NCBI GenBank assembly: GCA_965649825.1
Contig: OZ287694.1
Span: 2,150,540-2,214,539 of the forward strand
Length of the DNA: 64,000 bases
Direction: 5' to 3'
Source: Penicillus capitatus
Lineage: Eukaryota; Plantae; Chlorophyta
The translations under genes and the position numbers were made by a program. Below, piece after piece: positions 33,601 to 46,962 of the stretch (its first letter is position 1; every line of letters starts with the position of its first letter). The notes under the pieces were generated by a model. That model was given only the letters and a program-made list of their open reading frames with translations. It ran no database searches and was not told where the DNA came from.

Positions 33601-36600
33601 CCACAGGAGCCATTCCAAACAGGCGGCGGCGGCGGCGCTGTTCAAGGTGTCGCTCTCGTTGAGTCATCCCGAGATCGTCGTCAGCCCGTCGGTGAACGAC
33701 GTCAACAAATCCCTCGGTAAACTGAGCAAGAAATTCGTCGAATGCACAAAGCTCTTCGTGCGGTGGATGGATGGCACCTGCATCGCTGCGCCGCCGGTTC
33801 AGCGACGCGACGAAGAGGAGCCGTTTGTCTTTAGCTTCTACCTCGACATCTCGGCCCATCCACAAGTACAGCGCCACGAGCGCGTTATCTGAGGCGGCGC
33901 CGTATCTCGTGTGTGGTAGGTGATCAAGGCCGTTCTCGGATTGAACCACTACGCGCAGAAAGCGATCTCGGCGATGCATCGCTACGTCGAGAGCTGGAGA
34001 CGCCATCAGTCGTTGTGGAAGACGGAGCGATCCGGCGTCATCGAAAAGTTCAAAGCGCGGAGGCCGAGTTCTGAAGAGTGCCACGAACGGTTGGCGAAGT
34101 ATGACAAGGTGAAACGACGTCTTGGCGGCGGCGGCGGCGATGTGACGTGCGACTGTAGTTAGCGACGACGCTGTTGGCACAGGCTCGATGCCACGCCGTC
34201 GAATTTCTCACCGTCGATTCCTGCGCCATCGCCACTTCGGTGAGCCACGTCGCGCGGCAATGGCTCCAGGCAACGAGCGACGCCATGAAAGACATCGATG
34301 CGCCAAAGTGAGACCAGCGATGTCGACATACAGTGACGACTATCGTCGCAGAGTGGCGTCCGTCCGCGAGAGGATCACAGATGTCGAAGAACGCCTTAAG
34401 GGAGAGCCCACGACCGCCGATGACCTGAAGGCGGTGCTGACGGCCATCGCGTCTATCAGACAGCAATGTATGCCATCCGTCCGACAGACGGTCGCTTAGA
34501 GTGCTGCGTCTGGTGCGTAGATATGAATCTCGAAGTGGCACTCGAAGACCTCGAAGAGCGATTCCGCACACGGGTGGTTTACGCAGACGACGCACACCGT
34601 CCTGCGTGCGAAGCGGACCTCCGAGAGATTCAGTCCGTCAAGAGCCATTGGCTGGCCGTAAACGAGGCGGCGGATGCGAAGGAGGTGGACATCCAGACAG
34701 CGAAAAAGACCTTTGCCGCCGAGACGACAACACAGGCGCGTGCCCCGCAGAGGATCGCTCGTAGAATCGCTGTCGGATCCAGGCAGCGGCGTTCGTCGGC
34801 GAGACCGAGGCGTTTTGGACACGCTTCAAGGAACAGTGCTCGACACTTCACGCGGTGCCTCTGGACGAGGGTTCCGCGATTCTGGCGAAGCTGGGCGACG
34901 AATGTCGTGTCTTTGTGGAGAGGCGAGACGATCTTCTGTTCTCTCAGCGACTGTTCGAACAGAGCCCTTTCGAATGCAGACAGCTGAACCAGGTACGCGT
35001 CGACGGTTATGGCGTGAGGCGCTGGATGCTGGATTCAGGCGACGGCCGAGCTCAAGAAGCTTCGGCAGATTTTTGACGTCTATGCCGGACACGCGTCTTG
35101 TGTCAAGTCCTATGCGCAGGTCCTGTGGTCAGAGATCGATATCAAACGCATGACAGACGACGTCAACGCAGCGCTGGCGCATCTGCGGTCGCTCAGAGAC
35201 CTGAAACAGCTGCCCGTCTATGCGTCCGTCGAGACAGCGATGGTCGGCTTTGCCGAGTCGCTGCCTCTGATGAAGATTCTCAAATCCGACGCCATTCGGT
35301 ACGTCGCCGCCACAGCCGCCGCCGTGATGTGACGTCTGTCGCGTTTAGTCCGCGGCACTGGCAGCAGCTGATGACGGCAACGGGACAAGCGTTCGAAATG
35401 GACGCCAAGACGTTTACCCTCGGATCTCTCTTCTCGATGCAGCTGCACGACCACACCGACGAGGTTCAGAAAATCACGACCTCTGCCGTGAAAGAGCAGA
35501 CGATCGAATTCGAGATCAAGAAACTCCACGACAGTTGGAAGGCGCAGCGATTTGCTATCGCCCCTTACAAGAAGGACGGCAAAGATCGAACGTTTGTGCT
35601 CAAATCGACGGAGGAGATTCTGTTGATGCTGGAAGACATGACGCTCAACGTTCAGTCTATGTTAGCGTCGCCGTTCGTCCGTCCTCTGCTGGAAGACGTC
35701 CAGTCGTGGGAGCAGAAGCTCTCGCTGATTGGCGAGTGCATCGAGACGTGGATGACGGTGCAGCGCAAGTGGATGTATCTCGAGAGCATCTTTATTGGAT
35801 CCGACGACATCCGCCAGCAGCTCCCGAACGAGGCGAAGCAATTCGACGCCATCGATGCGCAATGGATCCGGATTATGAGCGAGACCCAACGGCATCCGAA
35901 TGTCCTGGACGCCTGTTCGGTGCCGGGCAGGTCGAGTGGACGATGCGGTCAGCCAGCGCGCAGGCTGTGTCGCGTAGGTATCCGACGTGGGTGCAAATGG
36001 CGGAACGGTTAGAAAACTGTCAGAAGTCGCTGAGCGAGTATCTCGATACTAAACGCAGCGCCTTTCCGCGTTTTTACTTCATATCGGATGACGAGTTGCT
36101 GAGTATTCTGGGTAAGGGCTGGCGGCTTTCGCCTCGTCGGGACACCGTGAGGGATGTCGCGTTTTAGGCTCGTCGGATCCGACGGCGGTGCAGGAACATA
36201 TGTTGAAGATTTTTGACAACTGCGCTCAGCTGCGCTTCGGGCGAAATGACGCGTCGGTTATCGGGATGACGAGCGCAGAGGGCGAAGGCTTTGCTTTTCT
36301 GTCGCCTGTCGCTGTCGACGGTCCCGTGGAGCAATGGATGCAATCTGTCGAGACAGAAATGCGCCAGACGCTGTTTCAGAAGAGCAAAGAAGGCGTCTTT
36401 CACTACGCGAAAGCACCACGAAACAAGTACCGCCGCCAATGCGCCGCCGACGCGCACGTCACTGAGGTCCTAGGTGGATGCACGAGTGTCTCGGAATGGT
36501 GACGCTGCTCGGCAGTCAGGTGTGGTGGACCTTCGAGACGGAAGACGCCTTCGAGCGGGTCAAGAACGGCGACAAACACGCGATGAAGCGCTTTGCGCGC

Positions 36601-39600
36601 AAACTGGGCGTCAAGCTGACCCAGCTGACCCGTCTGGTCCGTACCGACCTGGAGGCGGAGCTGCGCCGCAAGGTCAATACGTTGATGATCCTGGACGTCC
36701 ACGGACGCGACATCGTCGAGACATTCGTCCGCGATTCCGTCCTCGACGCGTCGGACTTCGCCTGGGAGTCGCAGCTGCGATTCTATTGGAACCGTTCGAA
36801 GGTCATTCGGCGTTTGCGACAAACGCCGCGACGTTGACTGGCGTGCTGTCCAGGACGACGTGGAAATCTGTCAGTGCTCTGGCGTGTTCGACTACGGTTA
36901 CGAATACATGGGCCTAAACGGCCGTCTCGTGATCACGGCGCTGACGGACCGCTGCTATATGACGCTGACGACGGCGCTGACGTTTAAACTTGGCGGCGCT
37001 CCGGCGGGTCCAGCAGGAACGGGCAAGACCGAGACGACGAAAGACCTCGCCAAATCGCTTGCGCTGCTCTGTGTGGTGTTCAACTGCGGAGAAGGATTGG
37101 ACTACAAAGCCATGGGGTCCATTTTCTCCGGCCTCGTTCAGTCGGGCGCCTGGGGATGCTTCGACGAGTTCAACCGAATCGAAGCCGAAGTGCTCAGCGT
37201 CGTCTCCTCGCAGATCAAACAAGTCCACCGCGCATTTCGCCCTGGCGGCGGCCAAAATCTGTGCCGCCAGATTCAAGAAGCGTTGAAGCTCGGCGCGACG
37301 CGCTTCAGCTTCGAAGGAAAAGACGTCGCCGTGCGGCAGAGCACCGGAATCTTCATCACCATGAATCCGGGCTACGCTGGACGCACGGAGCTGCCGGACA
37401 ATCTCAAGGCGCTCTTTCGCCCGGTCACGATGGTCGTGCCAGATATGGAACAGATCTGCGAGATCATGCTCTTCTCCGAAGGCTTCGACCAGGCCAAGGT
37501 CACATCACAGCTGACGTGCGGAACGGCGCCGCCACGTGTCGCTGTAGATACTGGCGAAGAAGATGACGGTGCTGTACAAACTCGCCAAGGAGCAGCTCTC
37601 TAAGCAATACCATTACGATTTCGGTCTGCGGGCGCTCAAGTCGGTGCTGACGATGGCGGGGACGCTGAAGAGGGAGAGTCAAGGAGTGCGCGAAGACGTC
37701 GTTCTGATGCGGGCGCTGCGCGATATGAATCTGCCGAAGTTCACCTTCGACGACGTGCCGCTCTTTCGCGGTCTGATCAACGACCTCTTTCCCGGTCTCG
37801 ACTGCCCGCGTCTACGGTACCTCGCTTCTCACTCTTTTGCTCACACTTGTCGCTTTTCAGCTACGAAAAGCTCAACGACGTCGTCGAGCATCAACTCGAG
37901 CGTCGTGGGTATCAAGTGCGGCCTTCGAACACGACGCGGCGATCGGCGGCGAAGGTTTGCGTCTAGGTGCTGCCGGATCAGGTGGACAAGATCGTTCAGC
38001 TGTATGAGGTCATGCAGACGCGACATACGACGATGGTCGTCGGGCAGAGCGGCGGCGGCAAGAGCGTCATTCTCCAGACGCTCGCTCAGTCGTTGACGCA
38101 ACTCGGCACGAAAACCACGCTGCACGTCGTCAATCCCAAGGCGCAGTCGCTCAACGCGCTCTACGGTGTGCTGGATCCCGACACGCGTGATTGGACGGAC
38201 GGTTTGCTCTCACACATTTTCCGTGAACTGAACCGTCCACTCCATACCAACCATAACAGCTACCTCGTCTTCGACGGCGACGTGGATGCGGTTGGGTCGA
38301 CGGTTGGAGGACGCGAGAGACGGGCTAGGGGATGGTGTAGGTATGGGTCGAGAATATGAACTCGGTGATGGATGACAACCGTCTGCTGACGTTGCCGAAT
38401 GGAGAGCGTATTCGATTGCAGTCGCACGTGAAGCTGCTCTTCGAAGTGGCCGATCTGCAATACGCGAGTCCGGCGACGATCAGTCGCTGCGGAATGGTCT
38501 ACGTCGATGAACGCAACCTCGGCTACCAGCCCTACCTCCAAACATGGCTCGCCAAGAGGTGATGCACGGCTGCTGTGCAAAACGGCTGTCGTGGGTATGG
38601 TTTGGTTTAGGCCGGCGAATGAGAGGCCGCATTTGGAGCGACTCGTGAAGAAGTACGTTCCGCGTTGCGTGCGGTGGTTAGAGGAAGGCGTCAACGACGT
38701 CGGCGACCGCGCGCCGCCAATTCAGGCTGTCCATCAGAACGGCCTCAATGTTGTGCGTCAGCTCTGTGCGTTACTCGATGCGACGCTTCGGGAAGAAGAC
38801 GAGCACGTGCAGCACGACGCCAAGGCCTCGCTACGGTTACGTTTGTGCCAGCATCTGACGGTCGCTCTGTCGCAGGTGATGGAGGCGGTGTTTCTCTGGT
38901 GCGTCGTTTGGAGCTTCGGCGCCGTTCTGGTTGAGAAACCGCAGGCGGCTGAGCGCAGCGCCTTCGATGCTTTTCTCAAGAGAATCGCAGACTATGGCGT
39001 CGTCGATGGCGATCACGTCGCCGTGATGCAACTCCCGTCGCGCAGCCTCTTTGACTACAACATCGACATCCCTTCGCTCCAGTGGACCACATGGGAGCAG
39101 TACGTGACGCCCTATACCCACCCACCTAGCGGCAACTTCGCCGAGATTTTCGTCCCGACGGTCGATACCGTGAGGTAACGCACGCGACAATGGCGGCGGG
39201 GGAGAAGATAACGTGGCGGCGCTGCGCTTAGGTCGACGTGGTTGCTGAATCTCTTCGTCCAAGCAGGCCATCCCTGTCTCTTCGTTGGCGAATCGGGCAC
39301 GGCCAAGACGGCAACTATCCAACGCTACTTACACGGACTGCCGACAAACGCGAACACCATTCTTGGACTCAACTTCTCCAGCCGCACGCGAGCGGGATTT
39401 CTTCAGGACGCCGTCGAAGGAATGATCGAAAAGAGAACCAAAGTCGCCGCCGCCACGCGTTCTGCGCCGACGCGACGATGGGTTATGTGCAGGATACCTT
39501 CGGCCCTCCCGTCGGCAAAGCGCTCAAGATCTTTGTGGACGATCTCAATATGCCACAAGTCGACTCCTATGGCACGCAGCAGCCCATTGCGTGGCTCAAG

Positions 39601-42600
39601 CTCTTCGTCGAGCGCGGCGGATTCTACGATCGCGGCAAGGAACTCAACTGGAAGAACGTCAGAGATACGCATGTCGTGGCGGCGATGGGTCCAGCTGGCG
39701 GCGCGCGCAGTGTCGTCGATCCGCGATGCGTCTCGCTCTTTCGCGTCTTCTCCATACCCTTTCCGTCGCAAGAGACGCTGCGTGTCATCTTTGGCACCAT
39801 ACTACGTCACCATCTCAGCGGCGCACCGTCTGAAGTGCAGCAGCTCTGTGGGTCCGTGACCCAAGCGACGGCACAGATCTACGACGCCGTGGTGGAGATG
39901 CTGCCGCCGACGCCCTCCCGTTTTCATTACGTCTTCAATCTCCGCGATCTCTCGCGTGTCTTCGAGGGATTGCTCTCGCTGCGTGTGCACGAACCTCGTC
40001 CTTTTCTGAGGCTATGGCGAAACGAATGTATGCGTGTGTTCTACGACCGGCTAATTTGCGAAGAAGATCGCGTCTTGGTCGACAACCGAATCAAAGACAT
40101 CATCGACAGTGTCTTTCCAGACGAGGCAGCCGCCGTTCGCGCAGATCCGCTGCTCTTCAGCCAACGCGCCGCCATCGTACAGCACATCTTCGCCGATCTG
40201 CGCCTGCGATGACGCGCTGTCTTCGAAGGGCGATCGCGAGAGCTATGGAGAAGTGGGCGGCTACGAGAAAACGAGACAGTGCTACGAAGAGATGCTCGTC
40301 GCGTACAACCAACAGAAGAAGCCGATGCATCTCGTGCTCTTCGACGACGCCGTGGATCACCTCAGCCGCGTGTACCGAACGCTGCGTCTTCCAAGAGTGA
40401 TCCGACGCCTATGGCATCTCGTTATGTGTGATGCTGGTTCGGTACTAGGGTCACACATTGCTCGTTGGCGTTGGCGGCCTCGGAAAGAAGAGCATGGCAC
40501 GTCTCGTCTCTTTTGCCTGCGGATACGACGTCTTCGAAATCACGCTGACGCGCACGTATGGCGAAGCTGAGTTTCGCGACGACTTGAAAAAGCTTTACGG
40601 ACTGCTCGGGGCCGAAAACAAGAAGGTCGACGAAATGAAAGCGAGCAGCCCCTAGGAGATGGCGGCGGTGTGTAGGTGACGTTGCTCTTTGCCGATGAGC
40701 ACGTGGTGCACGAGAGTTTCCTCGAGATGTTGAACAGTATGTTGACATCGGGGATGATTCCGGCGCTCTTCGACGCCTCCGAAAAGGACGCAGTGACGCA
40801 TGACGTGCGGGAGGAGCTGGAGAGCGACGGCGAGGCGCCGACGAAAGAACAGTGCTGGAATCGCTTTGTCGCGCGCTGCCAAGAGAATCTCCACGTCGTC
40901 TTCGCTATGTCACCGGTACCAACACCAACCGTCGCCACGCGCTCGGTCGCGAGAGCGCTGAATCACGTCTAGGTCGGCAACGCACTGAGAACGCGGTGCC
41001 GTAACTATCCGGCACTGGTCAACAATACGGTGATCCATTGGTTTGACCGCTGGCCGGAAGAGGCGCTGCGATCCGTCGCTGACTCTTTTCTTAAAGACTC
41101 CGACGTATGTGAAGAGAAACGGCAGATGGTGGTGGAGCACATGGTCTATGTGCACAAGTCGGTCATACAGAAGAGCGCCGAATACTATGACGCACTCAAA
41201 CGGTAGACGCGTTGAAAAACGCTTTCGTGAGACCTTGTCGCGTCAGGCATTACTATGTGACGCCCAAGAACTACCTGGACTTCATCGCGACGTACAAGAG
41301 GGCGCTGACCGAAGAGCGAACGAAAGGCCTTTTGCAGAAAGAGCGATTGAGCGGTGGACTGGAGAAGCTGATTCAAGCGGCGACGGAAGTCGATGCCATG
41401 CAAAAGGAGCTCAGCGAAGCGACGGTGGTCGTCGAGCGTGCGACCGTCGAGTGCAATGCGCTTCTCGAGGTGCCTACCTTACCGCAGACGAGGTGCACGA
41501 GATGAACTGCCTCTGTGCTTCAGTCTATTGCGACGAATACCGTTGAAGTGGAGAAGAAGCAACGGGCGGCGCAAGAGAAGGAAGAGGAGTTGAAGGTGGA
41601 ATCCGAGAAAATTGCCGTGGAGAAGGCCGAAGCCGAGGCCGCCTTGGAAGCAGCGATTCCTGCGTTGGAAGAAGCGGCGGCTGCGCTGAAAGATATCAAA
41701 AAAGACGACATTACCGAAATCCGTTCCTTTGCCAAACCACACATTCTCGTCCAGAAAGTGCGCCGCCGGCGGCGGAGTCCGTTCACTGAGCCGTGGCATG
41801 GTCAGGTCTGCGAGGCCGTTGTGATTTTGCGTGGTCTGAAAGATGTCTCGTGGAGTGGAGCCAAGACCATGATGGCAGATTCCCAGTTTTTGAAGACGCT
41901 GTTGGAGTTCGACAAAGATGGACTGACGGATAAGCAGGTCAAGAGAGTGAAGGAGTACATGAAAGATCCAAAGTTCGCAGTGGCCGAAGTGAAGACGATC
42001 TCAACCGCCGGCGCCGGCAAGCCGCCTTTCTATCCCCTTCGACACACGCGCTGAGGAAGCGCACTCTCAGGATTGCTGAAATGGGTGTTTGCCATGGTGA
42101 ACTACAATAACGTGGCCAAGACCGTCGAGCCGAAGCGCAAGAAGGTCGCCGATTCGGAGAAGCATCTTCGTATGGCGCAAAAGGATCTTGCCCGGACGAA
42201 AGACGACGTCCAGAATTTGAACACGCAGCTGACGGTGCGTCAATGACATACGGCGGCGATTTCGGCGTTTCTGACGCCCGGTGTTCAGGATCTCCGCCGC
42301 CACTTCGAAGAGAAAACCGTCGAGCAGGGCGAGCTGCAAGAGAAGGCGAATGTCATGGCGCGTCGACTGGATGCCGCATCGAGGCTCATTACTGGACTGG
42401 GATCCGAACGCGAAAGGTGGACGCGAGACATGGCGGCGATCGAGGCGTCTTTGGCACATCTCCTTGGCGACTGCCTCCTGACGTCTGCCTTTCTGAGCTA
42501 TCTAGGAGCCTTTACGCAGGAATACCGACGCGCTTTGCTGCACGACTGGCAAAACGCCATCCTCTCGAAACGCATCCCACTGACGCAGCCGTTTGCCCTG

Positions 42601-45600
42601 GAGCGTGTTCTGACGACGGACGTCGAGACGACTCTATGGGCGTCGCAAGGCCTCCCGCCGGATGAGCTCTCCATACAGAACGGCATCTTGGCCTCGCGGT
42701 CTCAGAAGTGGCCACTCTGTATCGATCCCCAGATGCAGGCGCACGCGTGGATCAAGACGAAAGAAGGGGCGGAGCTCGACGGGCGCGTCAAATCGTTCTC
42801 AGACGGGGATTTCTTAAAGCAGCTGGAGCTGGCCATTCAATATGGCTTGCCGTTTCTCTTTGAAAACCTCGAGGAGCATCTGGATCCCGTCATCGATCCC
42901 GTCCTCGAGAAGAACCGGACGATTGAGGGGAGCCGCCAGGTGGTGATGCTCGGGGATAAAGAAGTCGAATGGGATGACAGTTTCCGACTGTACATGACGA
43001 CCAAGCTCGCCAATCCACACTACGGCCCTGAAGTCTCCGGCAAAACGATGCTCATTAACTTTGCCGTGACACAACAGGCATGATGCACGAACGCACGAAC
43101 AGACCCATACTGAGCTGAAGAGGCGGCCCTAGGGATTGACGGATCAGTTGCTGAACGTCGTGGTGGGCCACGAACGGCGCGATTTGGAAGAGCGCAGGGC
43201 GAGTTTGGTTTTGGAGATGTCGGAGAACAAGGCGGCGCTGAAAGGCCTCGAGGCGACATTGCTTCACGAGCTGTCCAAGGCACAAGGTGCGCCGCGTCTC
43301 TAGCATCGCGGCGTCTGTACACAGCGCCCGTCGCTGGCGGCGGCTGTCTTTTAGGGAATATCTTGGACAACGGCGAGTTGATTCAGACGTTGGAGGAGAC
43401 GAAGACGAAAGCGACGGAAATTGCTGAGAAGCTGCAGACGTCGTGCAAAACGGCGGCCGAGATCGAAACGGCCTGTCAGCAATACCGACCCGTCGCCAAA
43501 CGCGGCGCGATTCTTTTCTTCGTCCTCGAAAGCTTGGCAAGAATCTCCAACATGTACGAGTACAGGTAAGACGCCTGCCTCTCCACGACCCTCTCGGACG
43601 CATGCCTCCCTCGACAGCCTCGCTGCTTTTCTCGGCGTTTTTCACAAGTCCCTCGTCAAGGCGCCGCCGTCAGAGGAGATCGCGCAACGCCTGTGCAACA
43701 TACTGGACACCTTGACACTCGATATCTACCACTTTACATCACTCGGTAGACGGCACGGTCTGTGTGCGTCGACTGGATCCCTCTGCCGCAGGACTGTTTG
43801 AGAAGCACAAGCTCCTGTTTTCGTTTCAGATGACGGTGAAGATTGAAGAAGGCGAAGGTCGAATGCAGCGAGATCTGCTCGAGTTCTTTGCCAAGGGGAA
43901 TACGGCGCTGGAGAGGAGCCCCGCCGCCAGGCCGTTTGAATGGCTGCCTGAGCAAGCGTGGCACGATATGACGAAACTCCAATGCCTGTCGACCGATTCC
44001 GTCTTCGCCTCGCTCGCGGAGGACGTCGCACGCAACGAGCTCAAGTGGAAGGCGTACTATGAGCACGAGGCTGCCGAAGAGGAGGAGGCGCCGTTAGGCG
44101 CTGCGCGTGAGATGACGCCATTTGAGAAGCTGCTTCTCCTGCGCTGTCTGCGCGTGGATCGCGTGACGGTCGCCGTGACGTCCTACGTGACAGGGACGCT
44201 CGGAAAAGCTTACGTCCAGCCGCCGGTGCTCCACTACCAGCGTCTCTTCGAGCAGAGCTCAGCAACGACACCTATTCTCTTCGTGCTCTCCCCTGGCGCG
44301 GATCCCGTCTTCGATGTCATGCGACTCGGCGAGCGACTCGGATTCAAACCGGGCCATCGACTCAAACACATCGCACTTGGCCAAGGTAAGAGGCGGCGCC
44401 CTTGTATCCCGAACGCAATGCGATACGTACTGACGTTGACAGGAATGGGCAAGAAGGCAGAGGAGTTGCTGTCCGTCGCGTCACAGCGCGGTCTATGGGT
44501 CATGCTTCAGAATTGTCATCTACTGCCAAAATGGCTGAAGACGCTGGAGAAGTGGCTCGAAAAGACGACGCAGCCGCATAGCGACTTTCGTTTGTGGCTG
44601 ACGACGGATCCGACGGAGAGCTTCCCGCTCGGCATTCTGCAGCGCTGCGTCAAAGTGGTGACGGAACCGCCCAATGGACTGAAGCCAAACATGCGATCCT
44701 CCTACTCCAAACTCGACGACGCGGCACTCAGCCAATGTCCACACGCCGCTTTCAAGCCTCTCGTCTACATCCTCAGTTTCTTCCACGCCGTCGTACAAGA
44801 GCGGCGAAAATACGGTACGATCGACGGGCCCTTTGGCAGGGCGACAGTGATGGCTTAGGCAAGTTGGGATGGAATGTGCCGTACGATTTCAACGAGACCG
44901 ACTTTCGCATCAGTATGACGCTCATTGCGACGTATCTCTCAAAATCGACGCCCGGCGAACGGGAGGCCATTCCGTGGAAGACGCTCAAGTACTTGATCGG
45001 CGAGGCGATGTACGGTGGGCGTGTGTCGGACAACGACGACCGTCGTGTGCTGCGGACCTACCTGGACGAGTACATTGGCGATTTTATCTTTGATGAGTTC
45101 GGACGTTTTTGGCTTTACCATCATCACGGCGTCAAGACGACGCTGCCGAGGGAGACGAACGGCGATGTGGCGCACTACCGAAGCATCGTCGAGGCGTTTC
45201 CCGACGTCCTGTGTCCAACCGTTTTTGGACTGAGCGCCAACGCTGACATCTCATACTATACGGACCGAACGCGGCAGTTGTGGACGGATCTCGTGCGGCT
45301 ACAGGCGCAGTCGTCGGGTGGCGGCGCCGCCGGCGGTCCTTCGCGAGAAACGCTCGTTCAGAAGATCGTTGACGATTTGCGGGAGAGGATTCCGGAGCCG
45401 TTTGACGTGCAGCGAATCAGGAAGGGCACGCCGCGTCCGGAACCGTTGCAGCTCGTGCTTCATCAGGAGCTCGACCATTGGAATCGCCTCGTGCGTTTCA
45501 TGACGGCGAGTCTGGCGGAGCTGGACAAGGCGTTGTCGGGTGAGGTGGGATTCTCATCGGATCTCGAAGCACTGGCCGATGCGCTGTACAACGGACAGCT

Positions 45601-46171
45601 TCCGTCGAGCTGGGCACGATTGGCGCCGCAGACAGAGAAGAGCTTGGGTCATTGGATGGAAAGCTTTGCCGAACGTTATCGGCAATACCGTCTCTGGATC
45701 GAGAAGGGCACACCAAAGGTCCTGTGGCTGTCCGGCCTGCACGTACCGGAGACCTTCTTGGCGGCGCTGATCCAAACGGCCTGTCGTCGCGAGGGATGGC
45801 CCCTGGACAAGGCAACGCTCTCAACGGACGTCACGAGCATCACCGATCCCGACGCGATCGTTTCGCCGCCGGAGATGGGCTGCTATGTCCATGGACTGTA
45901 TCTGGAAGGTGCGGGATGGGATCTGGACGGTCGACGTCTGACACAGCAGAAGCCGAAGGAGACGTTGACAGCCATGCCGATCATTCGACTGCTCCCTGAG
46001 GCGTCCCGCGAATCGGTCGATCGTGGAGTCTACCGAGCACCGGTCTATGTGACGCAGCGACGACGCGATGCCATGGGCAAGGGACACGTTTTCGATGCGG
46101 ATCTCCGATCCGACGAGCATGCGAGTCACTGGACGCTTCAGGGCGTCGCTCTTGTGCTGAACATTGCTTAA
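30660..46171 (+). CDS. DHC1: Axonemal inner-arm dynein heavy chain, I1/f alpha type (DNAH10 / Chlamydomonas DHC1-like); roughly 40 short introns; start approximate
   Basis: AAA1 [18 protein letters not shown]...[13 protein letters not shown]2 [11 protein letters not shown]3 [11 protein letters not shown]4 GVGGLGKKS, stalk and MT-binding region, AAA5 [12 protein letters not shown]-terminal [12 protein letters not shown]. Stop TAA at 46169-46171. Confidence 0.96.
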
Positions 46172-46181
46172 AGATGACGGT

Positions 46182-46652
46182 CTACCACCAACTCAGGCGT
46201 ATGTTTCCCCTTGCGGTGTGGGCCGTCTTGTGTAGAGCGTCTCTCTTGACAACTGACTCTCCTTTCTTCTGGTATGCGTCGTACAGTGCCTCGGCGAGAC
46301 AGGTGGACATCGAGGTATGGGTTTTCTTTGATTTCTGTCGCGCTTCCTGTATGAGCCATCGCATTCCGATCCGCAGCTGACGGCGTCGTGTGATGATACG
46401 CGGAATCTGAAGCGTTCGGGACCCGCGCTTCAGTTTGACGACTTCGATGCTGGGAATCACGTTCTCGACGGCGCGTATCAGAATGGAAGAGGCGCTCGGT
46501 ACACGCATGGCAAGCGAGCAATAAGGGGATGCGTTTATGCAGTCGTTTTCATGTACGGCACGATGCATCATTCGCCGTTTTGACGTCAAGTGCTCAATTT
46601 TTTCCATCAAGTGCAAGATCGCCTTAAGAAGACTGAAGACCGGTGTCGTCAA
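46182..46652 (-). CDS. rps7: Organellar-type ribosomal protein S7 (uS7, probably mitochondrial), nuclear-encoded; N-terminus uncertain
   Basis: AVENVIPSIEVVKLKRGSRTLQIP...GMRWLIQEAR...LAEALYDAY...VVKRDALHKTA...RLSWW matches the bacterial/organellar S7 C-half. First in-frame ATG is 46607; an upstream exon is possible. Confidence 0.8.
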   Translation of the reverse strand: MTTPVFSLLKAILHLMEKIEHLTSKRRMMHRAVHENDCINASPYCSLAMRVPSASSILIRAVENVIPSIEVVKLKRGSRTLQIPRIITRRRQLRIGMRWLIQEARQKSKKTHTSMSTCLAEALYDAYQKKGESVVKRDALHKTAHTARGNIRLSWW

Positions 46653-46962
46653 CGAGGTGCGAGGAAAGGGAAAGAATTACAAAATGACACAAACGGAGAT
46701 ATCATTCTGTCAGTGGAGAGCTGTCCGCCTTCGTGCAGCTGCCACGGAGACGCGTTGATATGACGTTCGTGTGCGTTTGACGTGTATAGAATCCGAATAA
46801 ATGAACTCTAGAACAATCAGTCTTTATAACTGTGGGCCTAAAGATGATTTCAATTAGGGATGTTATAGATCTGTGGACCGGATGATAAGGTTTGTGTTTA
46901 AGGTTCCGCATCCGCATTCGTTCGACCGATTCTCAGCCGCCGACGTGAGTGTGCGAGTATGA

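Noticed and set aside
30660-46171. Many same-size introns suggested introner elements.
   Set aside because: The introns share only short motifs and GCC/GGC runs. I saw no end-to-end sequence similarity or terminal repeats.
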